IMG/VR virus record: IMGVR_UViG_2799112265_000001
Coordinates: 67,783-131,782 of that record
DNA length: 64,000 nucleotides
Strand: one strand, 5' to 3'
Source of the DNA: a virus
Lineage: Duplodnaviria; Caudoviricetes
Below, one piece after another: positions 37,558-47,123 of this stretch. The notes under the pieces were generated by a model. That model was not told the origin of the DNA. It did not search any database and worked only from the letters and a program-made list of their open reading frames with translations. The first letter of the stretch is position 1; every line of letters begins with the position of its first letter. Position numbers and translations under genes: made by a program.

Positions 37558-39510
37558 GTGCCGAGCGCTCCACCCACCCCAGCGTCTCTTCCCGCCAGCC
37601 TGCGAGGCGTCGGCCGCGCGATCTACGCCGTCACCGGCGTCGTCGACGAGGTCAACGACCTCATCCTGCCGGGCGCGTTCACCAAAACCCTCTCCACCCG
37701 GCCCGTCAAAACCGTCTGGCACCACGAGTGGAAGGAGCCGTGCGGCGTCGTCCTCAGCGTTGAGGAGTGGCTGCCCGGCGACAAGCGGTTCGCCGAGATC
37801 CCCGACTGGCCCGCCCAGGCCGGCGCGCTCGTCGCCACCGTCTCCTACAACCTGCGCACCTCCAAGGGCCGCGACACCTACGAGCAGGTCAAGCAGTGGC
37901 ACGAGCGCGGCGAGGCCGCGTTCTCCATCGGCTACCGCGTCCCCGAGACCGCCGCGACGAAGCGAGCCGACGGCGTCCGCGTCATCCACTCCCTGGACCT
38001 GTTCGAGGTCTCCCCGGTCCTGCACGGCGCGCACCCCATGACCCGCTCCCTGGAGATCAAGTCGGCGGCCGGGACGGCTCCGGACATGGAGTACAAGGCC
38101 ACCGCCACCGCGATCACGCTCGCCGCCCCCGAGAGCAGCGACGACATCAAGGTGGCCGGACTCACCGTCAAGGCTGCCGACACCAGCCGGATTCTCCTCA
38201 TCCAGCGCGCCCTCGACCCCGAGGACCCCGCCGCCGGCACGTGGGAGTTCCCGGGCGGGCACCTGGAGGACGGCGAGAACCCCCTCGCGGCCGCGCTCCG
38301 CGAGTGGCAGGAGGAGACCGGCTCCGAACTCCCCGCCGATGCGAGCGTCGTCGGCTCCTGGACGGCCCCGAACGGCAAGTACCGCGGGTTCGTCGTCGTC
38401 GTCCCCAGCGAGCAGAGCGTCCCCATCAACCGGCCCGCCGCCGAGCGGCCCCTCGCCAACCCCGACGACCCCAAGGGCGACAGCCCCGAGGTGACCGCCT
38501 GGTGGCCGCTGCACGCCCTCCCCGACATGCCGCTGCTACGGCCCGCCTGCCGCGACACCCCCTGGGCACTGCTCACCGGGGCGTCGCTGCCGCAGAACCC
38601 GGCCAGCGGGAAGCCCAGCCCGGCCGCGCAGCAGTTCGCCGCCGCGGTGATGGCCGCCTACACCTCCCCGGCCGCCGGAGGCGAGCAAAAGGCCCACGCC
38701 GACGTCGCCGCCGCCCGCGCCACGCCGGCCCGCATCGAGCACAAGTCCGCCCACACGGCAGTCGCCGAGGCCAAGAGCCTCCCCACCCCGCCCACGGAGG
38801 CCCCCGCCATGTCCACCTATCTGCCCGAGTCCATGGAGGCGTTCCAGTCCCGGCTCCGCGGCCTCGTCCGTGACCTGTTCCGTGAGGGCAACGACGCCGC
38901 CTGGCCGTGCATCGAGGGCACCTACCCCAACCAGGTCATCGTCACCGTCCACTACGACGACGGCAGCAGCGAGGACGGCAACGCCTACGCCGTGCCCTAC
39001 ACGGTCGACGCCGACGGCGGGATCACCCTCGACACCCCGCAGCCCGTAGAGCTGGCAACCGTCGTCATCCCCCAGGGCGACGGCGCACAGCGGGAGGCCA
39101 CCGACACCGAGGACATCGACGCCCGCGTGGTGCAGCCCGCCGTCGAGGCCCTCACCGACGCCACCGCCCGGGTCAGCAATTCCGGCGCGGACGCCGGGCA
39201 GCTCGAAGACGTCCGGGCCTCCGTGCGCGAGCTGATCGAGGCGCTGTCCGCGAAGGGTCTCGACGTGGCGGCCGCCAAGGTCGAACGGCCGGCTGCCGCG
39301 CCGTCGGGGAACGCCCTGGACCTGTGGGATGCGGACGCCTTCCCCGAGGACGAGGAGGACGAGGAGGAGCTGCCGAACCCCGACCCCGACGAGGACGACG
39401 GCGGCGACGAGGACGACGAAGACGCCGAGGAGACCGTCCGGATCGACCCCGCCGAGATGAAGGCCCTGATGGAGGCGTTCGAGCTGAGTCGCACCCTGAT
39501 CCCGAGCTGA
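37558..39510 (+). CDS. HK97-type prohead protease fused to Nudix hydrolase and acidic tail
   Basis: DLILPGAF, WHH, FSIGY, LFEVSPV..GA (protease); GGHLEDGENPLAAALREWQEETG (Nudix box). Confidence 0.9.
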   Translation: MPSAPPTPASLPASLRGVGRAIYAVTGVVDEVNDLILPGAFTKTLSTRPVKTVWHHEWKEPCGVVLSVEEWLPGDKRFAEIPDWPAQAGALVATVSYNLRTSKGRDTYEQVKQWHERGEAAFSIGYRVPETAATKRADGVRVIHSLDLFEVSPVLHGAHPMTRSLEIKSAAGTAPDMEYKATATAITLAAPESSDDIKVAGLTVKAADTSRILLIQRALDPEDPAAGTWEFPGGHLEDGENPLAAALREWQEETGSELPADASVVGSWTAPNGKYRGFVVVVPSEQSVPINRPAAERPLANPDDPKGDSPEVTAWWPLHALPDMPLLRPACRDTPWALLTGASLPQNPASGKPSPAAQQFAAAVMAAYTSPAAGGEQKAHADVAAARATPARIEHKSAHTAVAEAKSLPTPPTEAPAMSTYLPESMEAFQSRLRGLVRDLFREGNDAAWPCIEGTYPNQVIVTVHYDDGSSEDGNAYAVPYTVDADGGITLDTPQPVELATVVIPQGDGAQREATDTEDIDARVVQPAVEALTDATARVSNSGADAGQLEDVRASVRELIEALSAKGLDVAAAKVERPAAAPSGNALDLWDADAFPEDEEDEEELPNPDPDEDDGGDEDDEDAEETVRIDPAEMKALMEAFELSRTLIPS

Positions 39511-39563
39511 GTCGCACTCGGACCAAGGATCTTCGGCACGGAAAACCCCAGGTCAGACCCTAT

Positions 39564-39599
39564 GCGCTGCCCGTTCCAGATTTCAGGAACGGGCAGCGC
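39564..39599 (+). terminator. stem-loop before capsid promoter
   Basis: GCGCTGCCCGTTCC-N8-GGAACGGGCAGCGC. Confidence 0.55.
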
Positions 39600-39712
39600 G
39601 CGACGTTAACCACTCCCACCCTCTTCCATGCGCCTCGCGTTCGAGGCGTCCCGGTGCTGGCCGGGCGAGCGACGCACGTCAACCGCACCCAGCATCAGGG
39701 AGAGCAGCAGAA

Positions 39713-41014
39713 ATGCCCGCCACCACCAGCCGCATCACCGAACTCCAGCGCCAGCTTGAGGCCAAGTCCGCCGAGGCCGACCGGATCAGCTCGACCTTCA
39801 AGGTCGAGGACAACGGCGGCTTCGTCATCTCCACCGAGCAGGCCGCCGAGTTCCGCAAGATCGCCGCCCAGGCGCAGGAGATCAAGGGCCTCATCGACGC
39901 CGAGCAGGGCCTCACCGATATCAAGCAGTACCTCGAGGCCCCCGAGCGTCCGTCGGCCGCCGGCTCCCACTACGGGCAGAACCCGCAGATGGAGCGGAAG
40001 TCCCTCGGCGACCTGTTCCTCGACTCCGACGGCTACAAGAGGGCCCGCACCGCCGACCCGAACCTCCGCAACAAGCCCGACATCCGCGCGGACATCGAGG
40101 GCAAGTCCATCTTCTCCCTCTCCGCCGGAACCGTCACCCACCAGGCCCTCGGCTCGGCGCAGACCCTCACCCTCGGCGAGATCCCCCGCCGCAAGTTCCA
40201 CATCCGCGACCTGTTCCCGAAGTCCACCACCAAGGCCGCGGTGCTCTACGGCGTCCGCGAGACCGGCTGGGTGAACAACGCCGCGCAGGTCAAGGAGCGG
40301 TACGCGGCGGACGGCGTCAGCCCGGCCACCGGCGACGACTCCGACACCTGGGGCCGGGCCCCCCGCTCGAAGCTGAAGCTGTCGAGCGTGATGTACCCGG
40401 TCGCCGAGGTCGCCCACCTGCTCGACTCGCACAAGAACATCCTCGCCGACGAGCCCCGGCTGAAGAAGTTCATCGACGACCGGATGGTGGAGGGCGTCAA
40501 GTTCGCCGAGGACTGGGACCTCCTGCACTCCAAGGGCGACGCCCAGTCCCTCACCGGCATCTACAACACCCCCGGCGTCCAGCAGTACAGCGGACTGGCC
40601 AGCGACAAGTACTCCGTCCAGATCCGGCGCGCCATCACCAAGGCGCTCCTGGCCGAGTACTCCCCGACCGGCATCGTCCTCTCCCCGACCATGTGGGAGG
40701 AGGTCGAGCTGGAGGAGGACGACAACGGCGCGTTCCGCGTCGCCCTCGCCGTCGCCGTCGGCGCCGAGAAGAAGGTGTGGAAGCTCGACGTCGTCGAGAC
40801 CACGGCCATGCGCGACACCGACTTCCTGATCGGCGCGTTCGGCATGGGCGCGCAGCTCCACGACAGGGAGTCGGTCTCCGTCACCGTCTCCTCCGAGAAC
40901 GGCACCAACTACGAGCAGGGCGTCATCACGTTCCGTGCCGACGAGCGCGTGGCTCTCGAGGTACCCCGCCCCGAGAGTTTCGTCATCGGCAAGTGGACCG
41001 AGCCGACGCCGTAA
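39713..41014 (+). CDS. major capsid protein, HK97 fold
   Basis: Coiled-coil delta domain, IRDLFP, GD...LTGI, final FRADERVALEV.RPESF. Confidence 0.92.
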   Translation: MPATTSRITELQRQLEAKSAEADRISSTFKVEDNGGFVISTEQAAEFRKIAAQAQEIKGLIDAEQGLTDIKQYLEAPERPSAAGSHYGQNPQMERKSLGDLFLDSDGYKRARTADPNLRNKPDIRADIEGKSIFSLSAGTVTHQALGSAQTLTLGEIPRRKFHIRDLFPKSTTKAAVLYGVRETGWVNNAAQVKERYAADGVSPATGDDSDTWGRAPRSKLKLSSVMYPVAEVAHLLDSHKNILADEPRLKKFIDDRMVEGVKFAEDWDLLHSKGDAQSLTGIYNTPGVQQYSGLASDKYSVQIRRAITKALLAEYSPTGIVLSPTMWEEVELEEDDNGAFRVALAVAVGAEKKVWKLDVVETTAMRDTDFLIGAFGMGAQLHDRESVSVTVSSENGTNYEQGVITFRADERVALEVPRPESFVIGKWTEPTP

Positions 41015-41074
41015 TGACCCCCTGACCGAGACGGCGCCCAGGGGGAGGCGCCGCAGCGGTCGGGCGACGTAAGG

Positions 41075-41102
41075 ACGGGGCGGACTCTACGGTCCGCCCC
41101 GT
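41075..41102 (+). terminator. terminator after capsid gene
   Basis: ACGGGGCGGAC-tctacg-GTCCGCCCCGT followed by T-rich tract. Confidence 0.7.
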
Positions 41103-41131
41103 TCGTTGTTCTGCGGTGGCTGGAGGAGCCG

Positions 41132-41407
41132 GTGAGTGAGAAGCAGTCCGTGGGCCTGGTAGAGGAGTTGGAGGCGCTGACCGGCGCGACCAGCCTCCGC
41201 CGGGGCCCGCAGTGCGGAGTCGGCGCGTTCCTCGCCGAGCTGGAAGAGACGGAGGCCGCCGCGCTCCGAAGCGTGCTGGACTCCGCGCGCGTGCCCGCTC
41301 GGGCCATCGCGGACACCATCAGCCGGCACAGCGACCCGGTGTCGGCGTACACCGTGAACCGGCACCGCCGCCGGGGCGAGTCCAACGGATGCAGGTGCGA
41401 GCGATGA
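41132..41407 (+). CDS. small protein with C...HRR..CxC motif
   Basis: GGAGGAG RBS; coupled to phosphoesterase. Confidence 0.7.
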   Translation: MSEKQSVGLVEELEALTGATSLRRGPQCGVGAFLAELEETEAAALRSVLDSARVPARAIADTISRHSDPVSAYTVNRHRRRGESNGCRCER

Positions 41408-42654
41408 CCCTGACCGCAGAGCTGGACGCCCTCCTCGAACCGGCCGCGGCCGCACAGTCCGGGCCGACCCAGGTGGTGCGGCCGCAGCCCGCGGCGCCGC
41501 GCGGCTGGGAGAGCGGCGTGCGCTGGGAGCCGGACGGCACGATGGTGGTCACCGCGCCGCCCGCAGAGACGCAGCCCGCCGGCGGCGTGGAGGAGTGGCG
41601 GCGCCGCGTCGAGGAGATGGGACTCGCCGTCCCCGACGGGTTCACCGTCCGCCTCGTCGAGGCGAAGCACGACCCGGCCGCCTGGCACCGTGACAAGCAG
41701 GGCGAGGACGCGGTCACCCGCGCGGTGTGGCGTTGCCGGTACGTCATCGAGCCCGCCGCGCCCGCCTGGAAGTCCGCCGGGGATCTGGACGCCCTGGTCC
41801 GTGACGCCATGCGGCGCCGCCGCAAACCCCGTACGGCCGTGGACACCGCCGAGCGGGCCCTGGTCGTGGTGTACGCCGACGCGCAGGCCGGAAAGGTCGG
41901 CCGGGACGGCGGCACCCCCGAGCTGGTCGCGCGGATCGCCGACCGCTTCGACCGGCTCGACGACCACATACGGGACCTCAAGACCGTGGGGCGCGCCCCG
42001 TCCGCCGCGTACTGGATGGACGCCGGCGACTGCGTCGAAGGATTCGAGAACACGGCCGCGCAGGCGTTCACCAACGACCTCACGCTGACCGAGATGATCC
42101 GCGTGCACCGCAGGTTGACGTTCGAGGGCCTGGACCGGCTCGCCGGACGCTTCGGCCGGGTCGTCGCCGCGACGTGCGGCTCCAACCACGCCCGGGTGCG
42201 GCGCGGGAAGGACGCTGTCGGCCCCCCGGTCGACGACTGGGGCATCGAGGTCATGTCCCAGGTCGCGGACGCCTACGCCCGCAACCAGGACGCGTACGGG
42301 CACGTCTCGTTCGTGATGCCGGAGCGGTGGCGGGACACCGTGTCCCTGGACGTCGCCGGGACGGTCGTGGGCCTCGCGCACGGCCACCAGTACCCGCGCC
42401 CGGAGAAGGCCGGGGATTGGTGGCGCGGCCAGACCTTCGGCCGGCAGCCCGTCGCCGACGCCCAGATCCTCATCTCCGGCCACTACCACCACTTCAGGGC
42501 GCAGCAGATGGGGCACGGCAGGCTCCACATCCAGGCGCCCACCCTGGACAACGGCTCGGACTGGTACACGGTGCGCTCCGGCGAGGTGTCCACGGCCGGG
42601 CTGCTCGTGTTCAGCGTCGGCCCGGACGGCTGGGACGACCTGCGGATTCTGTGA
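41404..42654 (+). CDS. calcineurin-like metallophosphoesterase
   Basis: ADAQ, GDCVE, SNH, AHGH and GHYH motifs; ATGA coupling. Confidence 0.85.
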   Translation: MTLTAELDALLEPAAAAQSGPTQVVRPQPAAPRGWESGVRWEPDGTMVVTAPPAETQPAGGVEEWRRRVEEMGLAVPDGFTVRLVEAKHDPAAWHRDKQGEDAVTRAVWRCRYVIEPAAPAWKSAGDLDALVRDAMRRRRKPRTAVDTAERALVVVYADAQAGKVGRDGGTPELVARIADRFDRLDDHIRDLKTVGRAPSAAYWMDAGDCVEGFENTAAQAFTNDLTLTEMIRVHRRLTFEGLDRLAGRFGRVVAATCGSNHARVRRGKDAVGPPVDDWGIEVMSQVADAYARNQDAYGHVSFVMPERWRDTVSLDVAGTVVGLAHGHQYPRPEKAGDWWRGQTFGRQPVADAQILISGHYHHFRAQQMGHGRLHIQAPTLDNGSDWYTVRSGEVSTAGLLVFSVGPDGWDDLRIL

Positions 42655-42750
42655 GCCGACCGGCTCGGCCCGGCAGGACGCGACGGTAACCGCACCGGTA
42701 GGCCACGGTGCCCCCGCTCGAAACGACAACCGTGAAAGAGGTACCAGGGC

Positions 42751-43242
42751 ATGGGGCTCTACACCGCAGCAGGAACCCGGATCGCCAAGGCGGCCTTCCC
42801 CGCCTCGGCCGCGCCGATCACCGACCCCGAGGTAGTGGTGACCGCCGACGTCTACGGCACCCGGCACTCCGACGAGGGCAGCTACTACACCGGCGACACC
42901 AACGACCGGGCCCCCGAGGGCGACATCAAGACCCTCGCGTTCCGCGCCGGGCAGGTGGTCCGCCAGTCGCAGATCGACCGCATGTACTCCCCGGCGGTCA
43001 TCGCCAGCATCAGCCCGGCCACGGGTCCGGTCGCCGGTGGCACCGTGGTCACGATCACCGGGAAGTACCTGGACGGTGTCAGCGACGTCAAGTTCAACGG
43101 GGCGTCGGGCACCGCGCTGAAGATCGTGTCGCCGACGAAGCTGACCGTGACCGCACCGGCGGGCACCGCCGGCGCCCGGGACGTCGTCCTGGTCGACGAC
43201 GCCGGCAACGTCACCAAGACGGGAGGCTTCACCTACTCCTGA
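42751..43242 (+). CDS. IPT/TIG (Ig-like) domain virion protein
   Basis: ISPATGPVAGGTVVTITG...FTY. Confidence 0.85.
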   Translation: MGLYTAAGTRIAKAAFPASAAPITDPEVVVTADVYGTRHSDEGSYYTGDTNDRAPEGDIKTLAFRAGQVVRQSQIDRMYSPAVIASISPATGPVAGGTVVTITGKYLDGVSDVKFNGASGTALKIVSPTKLTVTAPAGTAGARDVVLVDDAGNVTKTGGFTYS

Positions 43243-43256
43243 TCCGCGCACGACCT

Positions 43257-43290
43257 GGTGGCCCCCTCACTCGCCGGTGAGGGGGCCACC
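43257..43290 (+). terminator. terminator hairpin
   Basis: GGTGGCCCCCTCAC-N6-GTGAGGGGGCCACC followed by TT. Confidence 0.7.
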
Positions 43291-43379
43291 TTCGTGTCCG
43301 GGTGGGCGCGACACAAGCCCTCGACGCTGTGCAGGGTGCCCGCTGATCGGATACCCGGAGCCCGAGAGGGAGAGCCATC

Positions 43380-43928
43380 ATGGCCGCCAGCACCACGCGT
43401 GCCCCCCGCAAGACCGCCGCGGCGAAGGCGGCAGAAGCCGCCAGCGCGGCCGAAGAGACCCCGCAGGCCACCGACACCGGTGACCAGGGCGGAGAGAACG
43501 CGACCGCCCCCGACACGGCGCCACTGGAGCCGCCGGCCTCGGCCGACGAGCCTGCCGTAGAGAGCCCGAAGGCGCCCGACGCGGCGCCGCTGGAGCCGCC
43601 GGCCGCACCGGAGGAGCCGGAGCCCGAGGAGCGCACCTACGTCTTCTCCACCGAGGCCATCCCGGACGCGGCGCACCTCGTGGAGGTCATCCTCGACGAC
43701 GCCACGAAGGCACCCCCGGCGGACCTGGACGCCGTGTTCCAGCCTGCCCCGCCATACGGCACGGAGATGGTGTGCCAGCTCCGCCTGGTCGAGCGGGCGT
43801 TCCTCGGCCCGCACAGCAACCCCATCGAGCGGCTGCTGATGCCCGAGGGCGCGCTCGTTGCGCCCCACATCGCCGCCCGCGTCCTGGAGCGCCTGCGCGC
43901 CCAGGCCGACGCCCGCACCGGCAAGTAG
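43380..43928 (+). CDS. hypothetical protein
   Basis: GGGAG RBS; A/P/E-rich N-terminus. Confidence 0.7.
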   Translation: MAASTTRAPRKTAAAKAAEAASAAEETPQATDTGDQGGENATAPDTAPLEPPASADEPAVESPKAPDAAPLEPPAAPEEPEPEERTYVFSTEAIPDAAHLVEVILDDATKAPPADLDAVFQPAPPYGTEMVCQLRLVERAFLGPHSNPIERLLMPEGALVAPHIAARVLERLRAQADARTGK

Positions 43929-43941
43929 CGGGAGGCTCGGG

Positions 43942-44796
43942 GTGTTCTACGACTACCAGCCCATATTCGGTGGCGCCGCGTACGACCCGGAACCGGCCGG
44001 CGGGCAGATCCAAGCCCTCGTCCTCTACGACGGGCCCGACCGGGCAACCGAGGTAGCCCGCGCCGGGGCGGCTGCTCGGCTGCGTGCCGGGGTGTACCGG
44101 TTCGCGCTGCCCGACGTGCCGCCCGGCCGGTACTGGGCCACGGTCACGTTCACCCCGAGCGGCGGCAGCCAGCCCGTCAAGGACCCGTCGCTCCGGCTCG
44201 ACCTTCCGCTCGGCCTCGGCCTTGTCACGTCCCCGGAGGCGGTTGCTGACGAGCTGAAGGTGCCGCTCCCGCTCACCCCGGCGCAGCGGGACGAGCTGGA
44301 GACCGTGATCCGCAAGGCGCAGGCCGACGTCGTCAGCTTCCTCGGCCGGCCCCTTGTCCCGCAGATCGTCACCCGGCAGGCCCTCACCCCCCGCTGGCCT
44401 GTCGACGACTTCGCCGACGCGGACTCCTGGCCGGTCGTCTTCGACGACCTGGTGCAGGTTCTCGCCTACCGCGACCGGGGGGACGGCACGTACGACGTCG
44501 ACTTCCTCATCGGGCTGGACGGCGCCGCCGAGGAGCCCATCGTCCGCTACGTCACCGCCCACGCCGCCGAGTCCGAACGGCAGCGGCCCGGCGGCGTCGG
44601 CGCGACCGGACGCCGGGTGTCCTCGGTCAGCGCGGAGGGCCAGTCCATCTCGTACGAGGCGTCACCGGCCGCCGGCCAGGTCGGCGCACCGCCCGTCGTC
44701 GACACCCTGGCCCGGTACAAGCGGCTGCTGCTGGGGAAGCCCAGCTCCCCCGCCCGCGCGCCGTGGCCGTACTCGTCCAGCCGCTACCGCCGCTGA
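43942..44796 (+). CDS. head-tail adaptor-like protein
   Basis: Position; VSSVSAEGQSISY motif; GGAGG RBS. Confidence 0.7.
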   Translation: MFYDYQPIFGGAAYDPEPAGGQIQALVLYDGPDRATEVARAGAAARLRAGVYRFALPDVPPGRYWATVTFTPSGGSQPVKDPSLRLDLPLGLGLVTSPEAVADELKVPLPLTPAQRDELETVIRKAQADVVSFLGRPLVPQIVTRQALTPRWPVDDFADADSWPVVFDDLVQVLAYRDRGDGTYDVDFLIGLDGAAEEPIVRYVTAHAAESERQRPGGVGATGRRVSSVSAEGQSISYEASPAAGQVGAPPVVDTLARYKRLLLGKPSSPARAPWPYSSSRYRR

Positions 44797-44814
44797 CCCG
44801 GAGGATCTGACCTC

Positions 44815-45147
44815 ATGGCCGTCGTCCTGCCCAACGCCGCGCTCACCGCGTACGTGCTCGATCACCCCTTCGTGCGCGACGCCAACGGTGTGCCTGTCCC
44901 CCCGAACCCGGATGTCCGGCCGGAGCCTCGCGGGACCTGGCCGGGGTCGGTGTTGCAGCAGGACGACGGGTCCTGGTCGGTGCGGCTGGACCCGCAGGCG
45001 TGGCCGGTGAAGCCGGGGGACACGGTGACGGACGAGTCCGGCCGGTCGTGGACGCTGACCATGACCCGGCTGCACCAGGTGCCCGGCTGCCCCGACGTGG
45101 ACTACATCGGGGCAGCCGCCACGTTGGACCCGCCGGAGGTGCCCTGA
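44815..45147 (+). CDS. head closure/stopper-like protein
   Basis: Position and size. Confidence 0.6.
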   Translation: MAVVLPNAALTAYVLDHPFVRDANGVPVPPNPDVRPEPRGTWPGSVLQQDDGSWSVRLDPQAWPVKPGDTVTDESGRSWTLTMTRLHQVPGCPDVDYIGAAATLDPPEVP

Positions 45148-45677
45148 TGGCCAAGTTCACGGCGACGCCGGGCCTGGAGGAGGCGCTTGCCCGGATGATC
45201 GCCCCCCACGTGCAGCGGATCGCGCACCAGGTGGAGTTGGAGGCGAAGCGCCTCGCTCCGCCCATGAAGCGGTGGGTCACCATGGGCGACGACAAGGTGC
45301 GCCACACCCACGTTGCCGCCCAGGGCCAGGAGGTACCCGGCAACCTGCGGTTCGAGGTCAATTCGATGGACTGGGACCGCAAGCACCGCGGCGTCGGCGA
45401 CAAGACCTACATGACCGAGCCTCGGGACGAGTCCAGCCGCGCGGTCGCCAACCTGAAGAACTGCCGGTGCATGGCCCACAGCGAGCGGGACGGCATCTCC
45501 AAGCTGATCAACACCGGGCAGCCGGTCGTGACCGGGAAGCGGGTCACAGTCACCGTGTCGGTCACCGGCCCCCGGATCGTGGAGGCGGAGGTCGGCACGG
45601 TCTACCCCGGCAACCTGGTCGCCGACGGCGCGTTCTTCATGGCGCGGGCGGCCGCGATCGTCGCCGTCCGACGCTGA
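45147..45677 (+). CDS. neck/tail-completion protein with MuF-like insert
   Basis: EAKRLAP...EVGT frame containing KRWVTMGDDKVRHTH...NCRC. Confidence 0.7.
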   Translation: MAKFTATPGLEEALARMIAPHVQRIAHQVELEAKRLAPPMKRWVTMGDDKVRHTHVAAQGQEVPGNLRFEVNSMDWDRKHRGVGDKTYMTEPRDESSRAVANLKNCRCMAHSERDGISKLINTGQPVVTGKRVTVTVSVTGPRIVEAEVGTVYPGNLVADGAFFMARAAAIVAVRR

Positions 45678-45697
45678 CTTGCACAATTGTGCAAGTC
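45676..45697. repeat. 22-bp perfect palindrome sharing its core with 36572-36605
   Basis: GACTTGCACAA|TTGTGCAAGTC. Confidence 0.85.
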
Positions 45698-45760
45698 GCC
45701 CGCAGCCCAGTGTTCCCAAGGGCGCGACATAAGCCGAGCGGCTTTTGCACAGTGCCCGGC

Positions 45761-46018
45761 ATGGCTACTAACACCGCGAAGAAGACGCCCGAGACCGACG
45801 CCGAGGACACCCCGGCGGTCCGCACCGAACGCACTGCCCGCACCCCGGACCGGGAGGTCGTGGGCCCGGCGCTGGCACTCGGCCAGGAACCCCAGACCGT
45901 CACCCTCGCCCACCACCTCGACATCGAGGACAAGTCCTTCCTGCCGGGCGACGAGATCCAGGTGGCCCCGGCCTACGCCCGCCACCTCCACAACCAGGGC
46001 TTCACCACCCGCACCTGA
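45761..46018 (+). CDS. hypothetical virion-module protein
   Basis: ATG 8 nt after promoter motif; TGATG coupling to next gene. Confidence 0.65.
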   Translation: MATNTAKKTPETDAEDTPAVRTERTARTPDREVVGPALALGQEPQTVTLAHHLDIEDKSFLPGDEIQVAPAYARHLHNQGFTTRT

Positions 46019-46461
46019 TGAGCAGCGACCCGACCGCCAAGGACGCCGACCTGGAGGACGCCGACCCGGTCGCGCTCCTCCTGGCGTGGCTCCAGCAGAG
46101 CGACGAGGCCGCCGACGCACTCGGCGGCCTCGACCGCGTGTCCGGCCTTCCCGAGGCGCCCTGGCCCCACCTGATGCTCGATCACGGCCCCGGCGGAGAC
46201 CTGGAGGACATGCGCTACCTCACCCACCCCGAGGTGATCCTCGACCTGCGCGGCCACCCCGGCGGCTGGCCGGGGAAGGCCGAGCTGCGCCGCATCCTCG
46301 TGCGTCTGGTGAAGGCCGCCAAGGGCATCGTCGAAGCCCCCCACGTTCCCGGCCGGCCGGTCGTGAACAAGGTCAAGCCGTCCGGGCTGCTGGTCTGGGC
46401 CCCGCTCATCGACGGCCAGCCCCGCTGGCTGATCACCCTCGGCGTCACCCTGCACCCGTGA
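46018..46461 (+). CDS. tail terminator-like protein
   Basis: Immediately upstream of major tail protein; size. Confidence 0.65.
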   Translation: MSSDPTAKDADLEDADPVALLLAWLQQSDEAADALGGLDRVSGLPEAPWPHLMLDHGPGGDLEDMRYLTHPEVILDLRGHPGGWPGKAELRRILVRLVKAAKGIVEAPHVPGRPVVNKVKPSGLLVWAPLIDGQPRWLITLGVTLHP

Positions 46462-46535
46462 CGACGCGACGTTAACCACCCCGGCTCTCCAAGGTGTCCG
46501 CGCCCTGAGCAGCAGACACCTTGGAGAGCCCCGTC

Positions 46536-47123
46536 ATGGCAACGAACGTCACGAACACCGAGATGGTCGTCCCCACGATCACTCGCGTCTACCTCGGCCC
46601 GGTCGGCACGACCGCCCCGGCCGACGCCACCTCCGCCCTGGACCCGGCGCTGCGCGACGTCGGATTCACGAGCGAGGACAGCCTCAAGTTCAACGAAGAG
46701 GTCAACTTCGAGCAGGTGAAGTCCGCGCAGTCCCTGTTTCCCACCCGCACCTTCCAGACGAGCGACGCGGCGACCGTGGAGGTCGACCTCCAGCAGTGGT
46801 CCGCGCCGAACTTCAAGGCGGTGTACGGCGGCGGCACCATCACCGAGATCAGCGTGGCCGGGCCGCCCGCCGTCAAGCACTACAAGTTCGCCCCGCCGAA
46901 GATCGGCGGCCGCGGCGAGGTGATGGCCGTGGTCGAGGTCATCGACGGCGGCAAGCACTACCGGTACGTGTTGCCGCGCTGCATGCAGATGGAAGGCGTC
47001 TCCAAGGACCTCGCGCAGGCCAAGGCCGCCGTGCTCCCGCTGCGCCTCGCGGTCCAGGGCGGCGACAACCTCGACGCCTGGTACATGCTCACCGACGACC
47101 CGGCGTTCGCCCTGACGGCGTGA
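46536..47123 (+). CDS. major tail (tube) protein
   Basis: VYLGPVGTTAP...VGFTSEDS actinophage tail-tube pattern. Confidence 0.85.
   Translation: MATNVTNTEMVVPTITRVYLGPVGTTAPADATSALDPALRDVGFTSEDSLKFNEEVNFEQVKSAQSLFPTRTFQTSDAATVEVDLQQWSAPNFKAVYGGGTITEISVAGPPAVKHYKFAPPKIGGRGEVMAVVEVIDGGKHYRYVLPRCMQMEGVSKDLAQAKAAVLPLRLAVQGGDNLDAWYMLTDDPAFALTA

Noticed and set aside
39480-39517. 15-bp direct repeat CGAGCTGAGTCGCAC with a 23-nt period
   Set aside because: Only two copies; best explained as a local duplication at the protease 3' end, not an array or att site
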